NCBI GenBank assembly: GCA_041674405.1
Contig: JBAYVT010000003.1
Span: 8,721 to 72,720, forward strand
DNA: 64,000 nucleotides
Direction of reading: 5' to 3'
Source: Patescibacteria group bacterium
GTDB lineage: Bacteria; Patescibacteriota; UBA1384; XYA2-FULL-43-10
This document shows positions 47,302-55,642 of this stretch, one piece after another. Made by a program: the position numbers and the translations under genes. How positions within the stretch are numbered: position 1 is the first letter of the stretch; every line of letters starts with the position of its first letter. The notes under the pieces were generated by a model, which saw nothing but the letters and a program-made list of their open reading frames with translations, was not told the origin of the DNA and ran no database searches.

Positions 47302-47847
47302 TTGAATACGAACAAAGAATTCATGACGCCAGGTAGCCCCGTTTTCGACGATGATTTATATTTGGCGATTTATTTAGTTAAAAGTCAATCAGGGATAGAC
47401 AGAATCAGATCAAAAGCCGAAAACGATGGATTTAGGGAGCAAAATAATCTGCACATTACCGTATTGAGTGAAAAAGTATTTCTTCCGCTACTGCAAGAAT
47501 CTTCGCCGGCAAAAAGAACCAAAATCATACAGAAAATAATTTCTCTGATTTCGCATACCGACTGGAAATTTAAACTCGAAGATATTTATTATGTCGCAGG
47601 CTTAATACCAGCCGCCAGAACTGGAACCCGTGACGAATATCGAGAATCATACATTAGAACAGTTTGCATGCCAGGATTCAATCAATTTATAGAAAATATA
47701 AATAACATTCTTGAATCAAGAATCCCCCTTCCTTTTCCGCATATCACCCTCTTTACAAAAGGAGAGGGCAAAAACCCAAAATATTACGGAATTCCAATAA
47801 ATTCAAAAGAAGAATTTCAGGGACTAAAGTCGAGACAAATCCGCTAA
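47302..47847 (+). CDS. 2H phosphoesterase superfamily protein (LigT / 2'-5' RNA ligase-like)
   Basis: It has two H-x-T-x motifs (NLHITVLS and FPHITLFT) separated by about 100 aa. Confidence 0.5.
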   Translation: MNTNKEFMTPGSPVFDDDLYLAIYLVKSQSGIDRIRSKAENDGFREQNNLHITVLSEKVFLPLLQESSPAKRTKIIQKIISLISHTDWKFKLEDIYYVAGLIPAARTGTRDEYRESYIRTVCMPGFNQFIENINNILESRIPLPFPHITLFTKGEGKNPKYYGIPINSKEEFQGLKSRQIR

Positions 47848-47913
47848 ATAACAATTTTTACATGTTTGATTTGTGTTTAACCGGTGGTTTCTTGTAAAAT
47901 ATTAGTATAACTA

Positions 47914-49353
47914 GTGGGGGCAAAAGTGACATTCAAGACAAAAAGAATTCTCGAATGGGTAGCATTTTCTTTCTTCGCGCTACTTCTTTTATTATCCGGA
48001 TCTCTTTTTTTCTATCAACAAACCTATGCTGGAAAAATTTATCACAGAGTAAAAATTGCAGATATTGAATTATCCGGAAAGACAAAACAGCAAGCGATAA
48101 CTCTCTTGGAGAGCAAGAAAACTAATGTTTTGACAAAAAATGTTACGCTCACCGCAGGAGACAAAAGCGCCACAGCAAAGGTATCCGATACCGGCTTATC
48201 GATCGATACAAACAAGTCCGTAAATGAAGCATATGCGGTTGGAAGAAACAATAAATTTCTTGTTCAGATCTATCTTTCCGCTATGACGATTTTGAAGCCA
48301 AATTCAATTAATCTGGCTGTTTCGGTAGATGAAGAAAAATTCAATAGTTTTGTTTCATCACAAATTCCTGGCCTGGGTATTGAACCCAAAAATGCGGAGC
48401 TAAAAATTGAGAATGGGGTTTTGTCTGAAATTCCAGAGCAATCAGGCCAAGTAGCAAATTCCGGTGACTTGGCACAAAAAATAATCTCTTTAAGTGGAAA
48501 TAACGATACTACAGAGAGTTTTAACATTCCCCTTGAGACAAATGTGGTCGCACCAGAAATCAAAATTGCCGATTTGAGTTCAGCCGAAGCAGCGGCACAA
48601 AAATATTTATCAAGCAACATTGTTTTAAATTATAATTCGCAATCTTATAAACCAACTAAATCGGATATCGGAAAATGGATCGTTTTTTCCGTAAGCGAAG
48701 GCCTGTATAAAACGAATCTAGATGACAATGTGATCAAAACCTATCTCACCACCATTGCGAAAAATTTTGAAATACAAAGGGTGGACAAAAAAATTAATGC
48801 GGTGGACAATAGCGTAATTGAAGAAGGTAGAGAGGGTTTATATTTGAACAAAGACCAGGCCCTAAAGGATATAAAAAATCAAATTAATTCTCAGAACTCA
48901 TTCAGCATCGCCCTTGCGACAACCACCGAGGCACCAAAAGAAGTAAGGGTTTTTCCCGCAGAAGGAATCGTGCCTGGCCGTTTTGAAGGTAAATACATTG
49001 ATATAGACCTAGCCCAGCAAAAATTATGCCAAATTGAATTTAATACAATTCTTGCCTGCTATACTATCTCTTCAGGTAAAGCCTCTACGCCTACTCCGGT
49101 TGGCACAAGATACATCCAAGACAAAAATCCAAAGGCTTGGTCAGCTCCATATGGACTCTGGATGCCATGGTGGAATGGATTGGGGGGCGGCTATGGAATT
49201 CATGAGCTGCCAGAATGGCCAAATGGTTACAAGGAAGGCGAAAGCCACCTGGGCACGCCAGTATCACATGGTTGCGTGCGATTAGGCGTTGGCTCAGCAC
49301 AGGTTGTATATGACTGGGCACCGATCGGAACTCCGGTATACATACACAAATAG
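47914..49353 (+). CDS. L,D-transpeptidase (YkuD-domain) protein with an N-terminal TM and a VanW-like region
   Basis: The C-terminal YkuD catalytic motif is HGTPVSHGCVRL. Confidence 0.75.
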   Translation: MGAKVTFKTKRILEWVAFSFFALLLLLSGSLFFYQQTYAGKIYHRVKIADIELSGKTKQQAITLLESKKTNVLTKNVTLTAGDKSATAKVSDTGLSIDTNKSVNEAYAVGRNNKFLVQIYLSAMTILKPNSINLAVSVDEEKFNSFVSSQIPGLGIEPKNAELKIENGVLSEIPEQSGQVANSGDLAQKIISLSGNNDTTESFNIPLETNVVAPEIKIADLSSAEAAAQKYLSSNIVLNYNSQSYKPTKSDIGKWIVFSVSEGLYKTNLDDNVIKTYLTTIAKNFEIQRVDKKINAVDNSVIEEGREGLYLNKDQALKDIKNQINSQNSFSIALATTTEAPKEVRVFPAEGIVPGRFEGKYIDIDLAQQKLCQIEFNTILACYTISSGKASTPTPVGTRYIQDKNPKAWSAPYGLWMPWWNGLGGGYGIHELPEWPNGYKEGESHLGTPVSHGCVRLGVGSAQVVYDWAPIGTPVYIHK

Positions 49354-49388
49354 TCCTTAAAGTCTATCGAGTCACAATACCTTGAGCT

Positions 49389-50174
49389 CTATTTTGTTAC
49401 TATTAGGAGCTCTTTTTGTCCGCCGTCGGGATTTTTGACTGACTCAAGAACCGTTTGGTAGAGGTAATAATATCCTTCGCCCTTCCTCGTTCCAGGATCG
49501 TTGGTAATAAATCCAGCGCTATCATAGCCCTTGATCACCAGCATATGGTATTCTGGCCCGCCGTTTGTGAAATTTGGGTTGCCCAAAAGCCGCCCGTCAG
49601 TTGGGACAATTACCGGTACCCCACTAGCAATTAATCGCTTGATTGAATCAACTGAGTAATCAGATAATACTTCGCCAGATAGTCCGTAAACATTTTGGGC
49701 TAATATAAGAGTTTTTTCAGCAGTAAGATCATAGTGCCCACCCCAATTCTTCATCTGCCAATCTACCATAGAGAGAATATCATCGCGCATTGACTCTTTG
49801 GACAAAGTTTTTTCGTTTAGATAATATCGAACAATATCGATCGATGCCTCCTCGCAAGCATTCTGCCAAGGCTCAGACCAGTCGCCAGAAGGAGCCTGGG
49901 AAGCGAAAGACATCGAGAGAACTTTTTTTGAGGGAATTTCCAGGGGTTTATCTTCTGAGGCAGTTATTTGAGTCTCCCCTAAATTCTTCTCGAGAGAAGA
50001 CTGGGAAATTTCGGCCTCCGTATTTTCAGATTTTTTGTCTTCAATATCAATTTTTGGATATAGCAAAATCAGAGCAGATATCAAGAGAATAATGCCGAAT
50101 ATTATTAAACGAAGAGAAAAGGCCCCCTCTTTGTCGTTTTTTTTCATGTGGAGATTATAGAGGAATGGCAACAA
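49389..50174 (-). CDS. peptidase C39-like (papain-fold) domain protein, membrane-anchored
   Basis: It has an N-terminal TM and a C39_2-like core (WQNACEEASI ... GYDSAG). Confidence 0.45.
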   Translation of the reverse strand: MLPFLYNLHMKKNDKEGAFSLRLIIFGIILLISALILLYPKIDIEDKKSENTEAEISQSSLEKNLGETQITASEDKPLEIPSKKVLSMSFASQAPSGDWSEPWQNACEEASIDIVRYYLNEKTLSKESMRDDILSMVDWQMKNWGGHYDLTAEKTLILAQNVYGLSGEVLSDYSVDSIKRLIASGVPVIVPTDGRLLGNPNFTNGGPEYHMLVIKGYDSAGFITNDPGTRKGEGYYYLYQTVLESVKNPDGGQKELLIVTK

Positions 50175-50239
50175 AAAATCAATCTAAACAATATTCTCAC
50201 AGAATCTGTAGGTGTACTATAATCGTTCAAAAATTGGAC

Positions 50240-52759
50240 TTATAAAATGTCTTTTGAGGACATAGTGATCGAGTCACCTTTTTGAAGTTCACCCGAAAGA
50301 AACTTTTTTGCCAATACATCTTCTAGTTTTTCCTGAATGGCGCGAGACATGGGACGGGCACCCATCTGTGGATCATACCCTATTCCTGCCAGCTTTACGA
50401 TCGCATCTGGCATCACAATCAGATTGACCCCTTTGTTTTTAGCAACAATATCGGTAAGATTTTTAACCATTAGAGTTGCAATTTTGACTATGTCTTCACG
50501 TGTTAATGGAGAAAATACTATAACGCTTGTAAACCTGTTCAAAAATTCCGGACGATAAATATTTTGCTCGATAATATAGTTCAAGAGATCGTTTTTTACT
50601 TTTTCATACTCGACTCCCGACTGAACCGATTGGCGTATTAAATTTGCACCAGCATTGGACGTGGCAATAATAATAGTGTTTGTAAATGCTACTTTGCGTC
50701 CTGACCCATCCGTCAAGTGGCCTTCATCCAAAACCTGCAAAAACAAGTTCAATATATCCGGATGCGCTTTTTCAATCTCATCAAACAGAAGAAGGGAAAA
50801 AGGCCTTTCTCGCACGGCAGTAGTAAGCACTCCCTGTGTTTCTTCTCCAGAAATATTTGATCCGATAAACCGGTAAATGTCTTGTTTGTTTTGAAACTCT
50901 GACATATCAAATCTAATCATGCGGCTTTCGTCACCAAAATATGCTTCGGCTAAAGCTTTGGCCGTTTCCGTTTTTCCTACACCGGTTGATCCCAAAAACA
51001 GAAAAGATCCGATTGGTTTTTTTGTATCCGTCACACCGGCGCGGGAGCGGCGCAAAGCATTGGCAATGGCATTTATCGCCTCCCCTTGCCCGATCACCCT
51101 TTTGTGCATAATGCTTTCAAGATCTAAAAGCTTCTTCTTTTCAGACTCATCAACTTCCCCGCTCGGCACGTCATATTTTTCAGAAACATAGGCCAAAATA
51201 TCATCTGGAGTAATAATCGTCTCTCCCCTTTCGGATGTTGCTTTGGCCGATGCTCCATCTAAAAGATTGATCGATTTTTCAGGATTTGGCTGATTTAAAA
51301 TAAATTTATCCGCAGCATGGATGGTTTCTTTGATTGCCCCATACGAGATTAATGAATTCGTATGGTATTCGATTTGAGGAACAATATCCTCCAATATTCT
51401 AACCATTTCATTTTTATCCGGTTCTTCAATGGTTACCCTGGTAAAACGCTCGACCAAGACGCCATTTGTAGCAAAATATTTATTGTAAGATGAAATATCG
51501 CAGGTTCCAACAAAATAAACCCCAGAACCTTCCAAATAAGGAAGGATGACTTCGGATGCATTTACCCTTCCGGCATCTCCAGAAGAAAACAGATTTTGGA
51601 TATTTTCAATAAACAGAATAATATTGCCCGCTCTTGTGGCTTCATTTAATATCTCTGTCAATCTTTGCGTGATTTCCCCTCCGCTTACAGCACCCGAAAG
51701 CAGTGAATCAATATCAAGTTTCAAAACATGTTTATTGGAAAGCGAACCCATCGCTTTCCCCTCATAAACCCTCTTCACAAAACCAAGTGCTGTTGTCTTC
51801 TTCCCAACACCAGCTTCTCCAACCAGTAGAACATTGCCTCCAGTTTGTTTGGTAAGCGCTTCTTCCATTGCTTTGATCTCTTTGTCATGACCCACAATAT
51901 GCAAATTTAATCCGGTTTCGGCGATAGTTCTGGTAAGATCTTGCGAATATTGTTTCAAAAGGACCGCCGCTCCAAATATCCAATCCTTACCTACCCCTCC
52001 GGTCAACTTTATATTGTCTGGATTTATAAATTTCTTTTTATAATATTTTTCACGGACTTCGGCAGTTTGCCAGTAAACTATATTGGCCAAATCTTGAAGT
52101 TCAAGCCGATAATCTGACATGAAACGCTGTAATCCTTTGTCCTTTTCACAGAGCGCCACAAAAAGGTCGCCAACCTCAATTTGGTGATGAGATTCTGCCT
52201 GGGCAATTTTTAGGGCGCGTATAACCAACTGCAAAGTATCAGAATCGCCCGATTCTCCTTCCAGATATTCGCCAACTAAATCTTTCGAAGTTCCAATTCT
52301 TGCAAGAATAAAAATCATATCCGGCGAATTTAATATGGCTTTTGCGATGTCTTTGGAGGTCGCATTATCGGCATATCCCCTGAGTCCTCGGGACCATGCT
52401 TTTGCTAGTTCAAATGAAAATACCCCGAACAAATTGCATTCCCCGCCGTTAGCAATCGCCTCTACAAATTCATTTAATTCGTATTGTTTCGGATATCTCA
52501 CACGAACTTTATAAAATGCTACCGCAGTTAAATACAAAATAAACACGCCAATATCCAGCAAAACCCATCCTCTGTACGGATCAATTTCGTTAAAATCAAA
52601 CCAACTCCCAATATCGGCAACTATAGCGGCAGCAGAAATTAAATAGAATATAAAAACAATAAACTTAAAAAAATAATTCGAAACAAGGGCATCAATCTTG
52701 ATCGCTTTAGCAATTATTGTGCCATTTTCTTCAATTTTGCAATTTGAATCTTTCATCAA
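50240..52759 (-). CDS. membrane-anchored Clp/Hsp100-family AAA+ ATPase (ClpB/ClpC-like) with two nucleotide-binding domains
   Basis: It has N-terminal TM helices and no Clp_N domain. The D1 Walker A (GEAGVGKKTT) is atypical, while the D2 Walker A (GSTGVGKTETAKALA) and the sensor motifs are canonical. Confidence 0.7.
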   Translation of the reverse strand: MMKDSNCKIEENGTIIAKAIKIDALVSNYFFKFIVFIFYLISAAAIVADIGSWFDFNEIDPYRGWVLLDIGVFILYLTAVAFYKVRVRYPKQYELNEFVEAIANGGECNLFGVFSFELAKAWSRGLRGYADNATSKDIAKAILNSPDMIFILARIGTSKDLVGEYLEGESGDSDTLQLVIRALKIAQAESHHQIEVGDLFVALCEKDKGLQRFMSDYRLELQDLANIVYWQTAEVREKYYKKKFINPDNIKLTGGVGKDWIFGAAVLLKQYSQDLTRTIAETGLNLHIVGHDKEIKAMEEALTKQTGGNVLLVGEAGVGKKTTALGFVKRVYEGKAMGSLSNKHVLKLDIDSLLSGAVSGGEITQRLTEILNEATRAGNIILFIENIQNLFSSGDAGRVNASEVILPYLEGSGVYFVGTCDISSYNKYFATNGVLVERFTRVTIEEPDKNEMVRILEDIVPQIEYHTNSLISYGAIKETIHAADKFILNQPNPEKSINLLDGASAKATSERGETIITPDDILAYVSEKYDVPSGEVDESEKKKLLDLESIMHKRVIGQGEAINAIANALRRSRAGVTDTKKPIGSFLFLGSTGVGKTETAKALAEAYFGDESRMIRFDMSEFQNKQDIYRFIGSNISGEETQGVLTTAVRERPFSLLLFDEIEKAHPDILNLFLQVLDEGHLTDGSGRKVAFTNTIIIATSNAGANLIRQSVQSGVEYEKVKNDLLNYIIEQNIYRPEFLNRFTSVIVFSPLTREDIVKIATLMVKNLTDIVAKNKGVNLIVMPDAIVKLAGIGYDPQMGARPMSRAIQEKLEDVLAKKFLSGELQKGDSITMSSKDIL

Positions 52760-53139
52760 AATGCCCTGATCCCTCTAATGATCAAATATACTGCCAAAAC
52801 TGGAACCAAGGGCCAGGCGATCACCATAATAATTGACCCGGCTAAAGTAAAAATCGAGGACACTAAATACGAAAAAAGCGTCATTAATTTAATAATGAAA
52901 CCAGTAAACCTTGAAGCTAAATTCAGAGTCCAGGCCTTGAATTTTTCCTGTAGAGTAAGGCCCTCATAATTTATAAGGTCCCGCTTCCACGGAGAAAACA
53001 GGGTCGTAATACACACTTTCACCGAAAAAAGATCAAAATTTATAATAAAAAACGCGCGAATGTACTTAAAAAGACGGCCGTATGCGTACCCATACCACCA
53101 AGAAAGATATAGGATCGGTAAACTGGTTGTCCCCTCCAT
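52756..53139 (-). CDS. small membrane protein, translationally coupled upstream of the Clp-like ATPase
   Basis: It has 3 TM segments and a 4-bp overlap with the downstream gene. Confidence 0.4.
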   Translation of the reverse strand: MEGTTSLPILYLSWWYGYAYGRLFKYIRAFFIINFDLFSVKVCITTLFSPWKRDLINYEGLTLQEKFKAWTLNLASRFTGFIIKLMTLFSYLVSSIFTLAGSIIMVIAWPLVPVLAVYLIIRGIRAF

Positions 53140-53203
53140 TCGAATCCTCGTATCAAGTATTGTGCATTAAGCCTAATACTTTATTCTTAATACTTTATTC
53201 TCA

Positions 53204-53440
53204 TTATTCAATCTCTATCGCATCAACTGGGCAATGGTCTGCCGCTTCCTTTGCTTTTTCAAAATCTGAGCACCCTTTTTTGGGCACTGATTTACCTTGT
53301 TCGTTCAGCTCAAAACATTCCGGAGCTAAAGAAATACACGTACCACAACCGATGCATGTATCATCGTCAACCACAATCTTGGGTTCTTCATTCTTCTTTG
53401 CTTTTTCCTCCGCCATAATTTCCTCTCTGTTAACTTCCAA
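53204..53440 (-). CDS. 4Fe-4S ferredoxin
   Basis: CIGCGTC...CP ligates the single cluster. Confidence 0.8.
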   Translation of the reverse strand: MEVNREEIMAEEKAKKNEEPKIVVDDDTCIGCGTCISLAPECFELNEQGKSVPKKGCSDFEKAKEAADHCPVDAIEIE

Positions 53441-53510
53441 AACAAGGCTTAAAGCCCACTATTATTGTACGATAATATGTTCAAAAATAAAAGCAGCCAT
53501 GCTCTAATCC

Positions 53511-53539
53511 TTGACATTTCATTACAAAACTGCTACAAT
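53511..53539 (+). promoter_or_regulatory. consensus sigma70 promoter TTGACA-17-TACAAT
   Basis: The hexamers are near-perfect with a 17-nt spacer. It lies about 55 nt upstream of the small ORF at 53595. Confidence 0.55.
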
Positions 53540-53594
53540 GATTTAATCATCAAAAACAATCCGATGAGAAAAACAAAAGTAATTAGGAGGAAAA

Positions 53595-53729
53595 ATGAGA
53601 AAAGAAATTGCGCGCGTTGGCACCGAAGCTGTAGATCTGGATAATCTTAAAGCGATCGAAGCCGTTGCGATGTCAGCAGTTGCCATCCTTGCCGTTACCT
53701 TCGGCACTATCTACGGATCAATGCTTTAA
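53595..53729 (+). CDS. small (44 aa) membrane protein, not in the ORF track
   Basis: The RBS AGGAGG lies 6 nt upstream of the ATG, a consensus promoter lies upstream and a terminator downstream. The C-terminus has a TM helix. Confidence 0.45.
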   Translation: MRKEIARVGTEAVDLDNLKAIEAVAMSAVAILAVTFGTIYGSML

Positions 53730-53754
53730 ATCAAACTAAAATTTTCATGTAATA

Positions 53755-53784
53755 AAAAATCCTTGAGAAATCAAGGATTTTTTA
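53755..53784. terminator. bidirectional terminator aaaaaatccttga-gaaa-tcaaggatttttt
   Basis: A perfect 13-bp stem is flanked by A- and T-runs. It lies between the convergent small ORF and the CsoR-like gene. Confidence 0.65.
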
Positions 53785-53802
53785 TATGGAGATATTCAGA
53801 AT

Positions 53803-54051
53803 TTATTTTTTGATAAACCTGTTGATAATTGTAATCTCGTCTTCACCCAAGACCACATTCCCGTCCTCGTCGCGGTTCTTGATAATCAAAAGTTCTACAA
53901 ATGTTGAGATAGTAGAGGCCAGAGATGATTTTGCAGCTTCAAGCTGAATTAATATCTCTTTCTCCGGTTTATTTTTATCCAGCATATCTTCAATGCCGCG
54001 GATCTGGCCCTCAATTCTGCGCAAGCGATTAAAAATTGTTTGATAATGCAT
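53803..54051 (-). CDS. CsoR/RcnR/FrmR-family (DUF156) transcriptional repressor, a cysteine-free variant
   Basis: NRLRRIEGQIRGIEDML is the family signature, but the protein lacks the Cys-His-Cys metal ligands. Confidence 0.7.
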   Translation of the reverse strand: MHYQTIFNRLRRIEGQIRGIEDMLDKNKPEKEILIQLEAAKSSLASTISTFVELLIIKNRDEDGNVVLGEDEITIINRFIKK

Positions 54052-54138
54052 GGTCGTTCACTTTATGGACATTACGAACTTTATAGACTTTCGATTCGCT
54101 GCGGGCTTTGTCCACAGCCATACCCCCCTCTTTCCACA

Positions 54139-54159
54139 ATATACCCCCCACCGGTATAT
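54139..54159. promoter_or_regulatory. candidate CsoR-type operator ATATACC-N7-GGTATAT with an adjacent ATACCCCCC direct repeat
   Basis: A GC-centred inverted repeat upstream of the repressor gene start resembles the TACC...GGTA CsoR boxes. Confidence 0.4.
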
Positions 54160-54293
54160 TTTACAAGTTAAATAGTGAGGAAACTCCAAAATCTAGACTC
54201 TAAAATGCAACATATTTTAAATATCTTCTATTATTAAACGGAAAACGGCGGTCCACATGGGACCGACCGCCAGTTTTCCCCTTCATGTTGTAG

Positions 54294-54638
54294 CTATTCC
54301 TGTGTTGACTGCTCTTGAGCCTGATATGCCAGCAATTCCCACCAGAATTCCTTCATCACCTCGTGATGGATGACCTTCAGAGGCACCCCTCCATTGACTG
54401 ACAACCACGGACGGCCATCCTTGCGTACCCACACCGATAGTGTCAGATCGCCCGTGATGACAAGACGGAAGCACTGCACCCCATGGATCGTCGGCTGCTT
54501 CCACAAAGGAATCGTCGCCTTCAGAAGCATGGCGACTACTCTGCCCAGACTGTTGTAGGCTCGCAGAGCCATCAGAAAGAGCAACAAGAAGACAAATGCG
54601 GCCAAACCAGCAACCATCGAAGCGAATGCGCTATTCAC
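54294..54638 (-). CDS. hypothetical membrane-anchored protein in the third GC-rich islet
   Basis: Local GC is about 52%. It has an N-terminal TM and its own GC hairpin terminator (ggcggtc...gaccgcc) at 54253-54277. Confidence 0.4.
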   Translation of the reverse strand: MNSAFASMVAGLAAFVFLLLFLMALRAYNSLGRVVAMLLKATIPLWKQPTIHGVQCFRLVITGDLTLSVWVRKDGRPWLSVNGGVPLKVIHHEVMKEFWWELLAYQAQEQSTQE

Positions 54639-54783
54639 TTTGAGTACCCCCAGTGTTCGGATTTGTGGGCGGAAACTACACCTAGGTAATTTACACTCTC
54701 TTAGTGAGAAAAGTCAACAAAAAATGGCAGCCAACAACTATTAACTGCTGTTTATTTTTAAACTTCAGAGTGCTTAAACAAAT

Positions 54784-55530
54784 TTATCGGATTTCAACCG
54801 ACTTAACGAAAGGCTTGATAGCGTTTGCCATTTCCCTGAGTTCTTTGTCTAAAAATGGCGCGAGTTTCATTTCTTCGGAGATTTGCTTCGTCTTCAAATA
54901 ATTTTGGATGACGTATTTGTTTGTGCCCTTGATCATTTTGCCAATGCCAATCATATCGTCGATGTTGTGCAATGGTTTGGCTAGAGTCGTCCGAAATTCA
55001 TATGAAATGTCAGAGTTCATAATAAGTTTGACTGATTTTTGGACACCAGCTATCAGCTTGCAACTTGCAGCTGGCGGCTTCTTTGATTTGGAATTTTTTT
55101 TGAAATTGGAAATTGGAAATTGGAAATTGGCGACATCTCGATACTTATCAATCGGTGACTTAATATCCATGGCAATATAATCGACATCGCCATCCTTGAT
55201 GATTTTTTCAAGCAGTTCGGGATTTGTGCCATTCGTATCAAGCTTCACTTGAAATCCAAGAGCTTTGATGTGAGATATAAATTGCGGCAAGTCATTGTGT
55301 ATCGTCGGTTCTCCGCCCGTAATGCAGACTCCACCCAGCTTTCCATAGCGAGACTCAAGAAACTCAAAGAAATCTTCTTCGGGAATCAAGGGGTTAAACT
55401 TCTCGGGTAATACCAATTCTGGATTATGGCAATAATGGCACTTAAAATTGCAGCCGCGTGTAAAGACTGTAGCCGCAACTAACCCCGGGAAATCCACGAG
55501 AGTTGTTTTTGCAAGACCAGCAATTTGCAT
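54784..55530 (-). CDS. nrdG: anaerobic ribonucleoside-triphosphate reductase activating protein (radical SAM)
   Basis: It has CNFKCHYCHNPE and GGVCITGGEPT, and it is adjacent to nrdD. Confidence 0.8.
   Translation of the reverse strand: MQIAGLAKTTLVDFPGLVAATVFTRGCNFKCHYCHNPELVLPEKFNPLIPEEDFFEFLESRYGKLGGVCITGGEPTIHNDLPQFISHIKALGFQVKLDTNGTNPELLEKIIKDGDVDYIAMDIKSPIDKYRDVANFQFPISNFKKNSKSKKPPAASCKLIAGVQKSVKLIMNSDISYEFRTTLAKPLHNIDDMIGIGKMIKGTNKYVIQNYLKTKQISEEMKLAPFLDKELREMANAIKPFVKSVEIR
55093..55130. repeat. intragenic T8 run plus a (GAAATTG)x4 heptanucleotide tandem repeat within nrdG
   Basis: There are four perfect 7-bp units. The unit length is not a multiple of 3, so a change in copy number would shift the nrdG frame. 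Confidence 0.6.
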
Positions 55531-55541
55531 TTTATAAATTC

Positions 55542-55568
55542 AAAACTAATATGTAATAACTAATAACC
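55542..55568. repeat. heptad CTA tract in the nrdG leader (aaaaCTA atatGTA ataaCTA ataaCcg)
   Basis: It matches 18997-19023 at about 25 of 27 positions and lies 12 nt upstream of the nrdG ATG. Confidence 0.55.
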
Positions 55569-55585
55569 GAATGAATCATCCTCAT

Positions 55586-55633
55586 GGTTTTTAGTTTTTC
55601 GCCCCGTAGGGGCCCCTTTGGGGTTTTTAGTTA
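55586..55633. repeat. GC-rich double mini-hairpin (ccccgtagggg + cccctttgggg) flanked by a GGTTTTTAGTT direct repeat
   Basis: It belongs to the same family as the inserts at 1188, 5352 and 5717. It lies between nrdD and nrdG. Confidence 0.5.
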
Positions 55634-55642
55634 TTAAATGTA

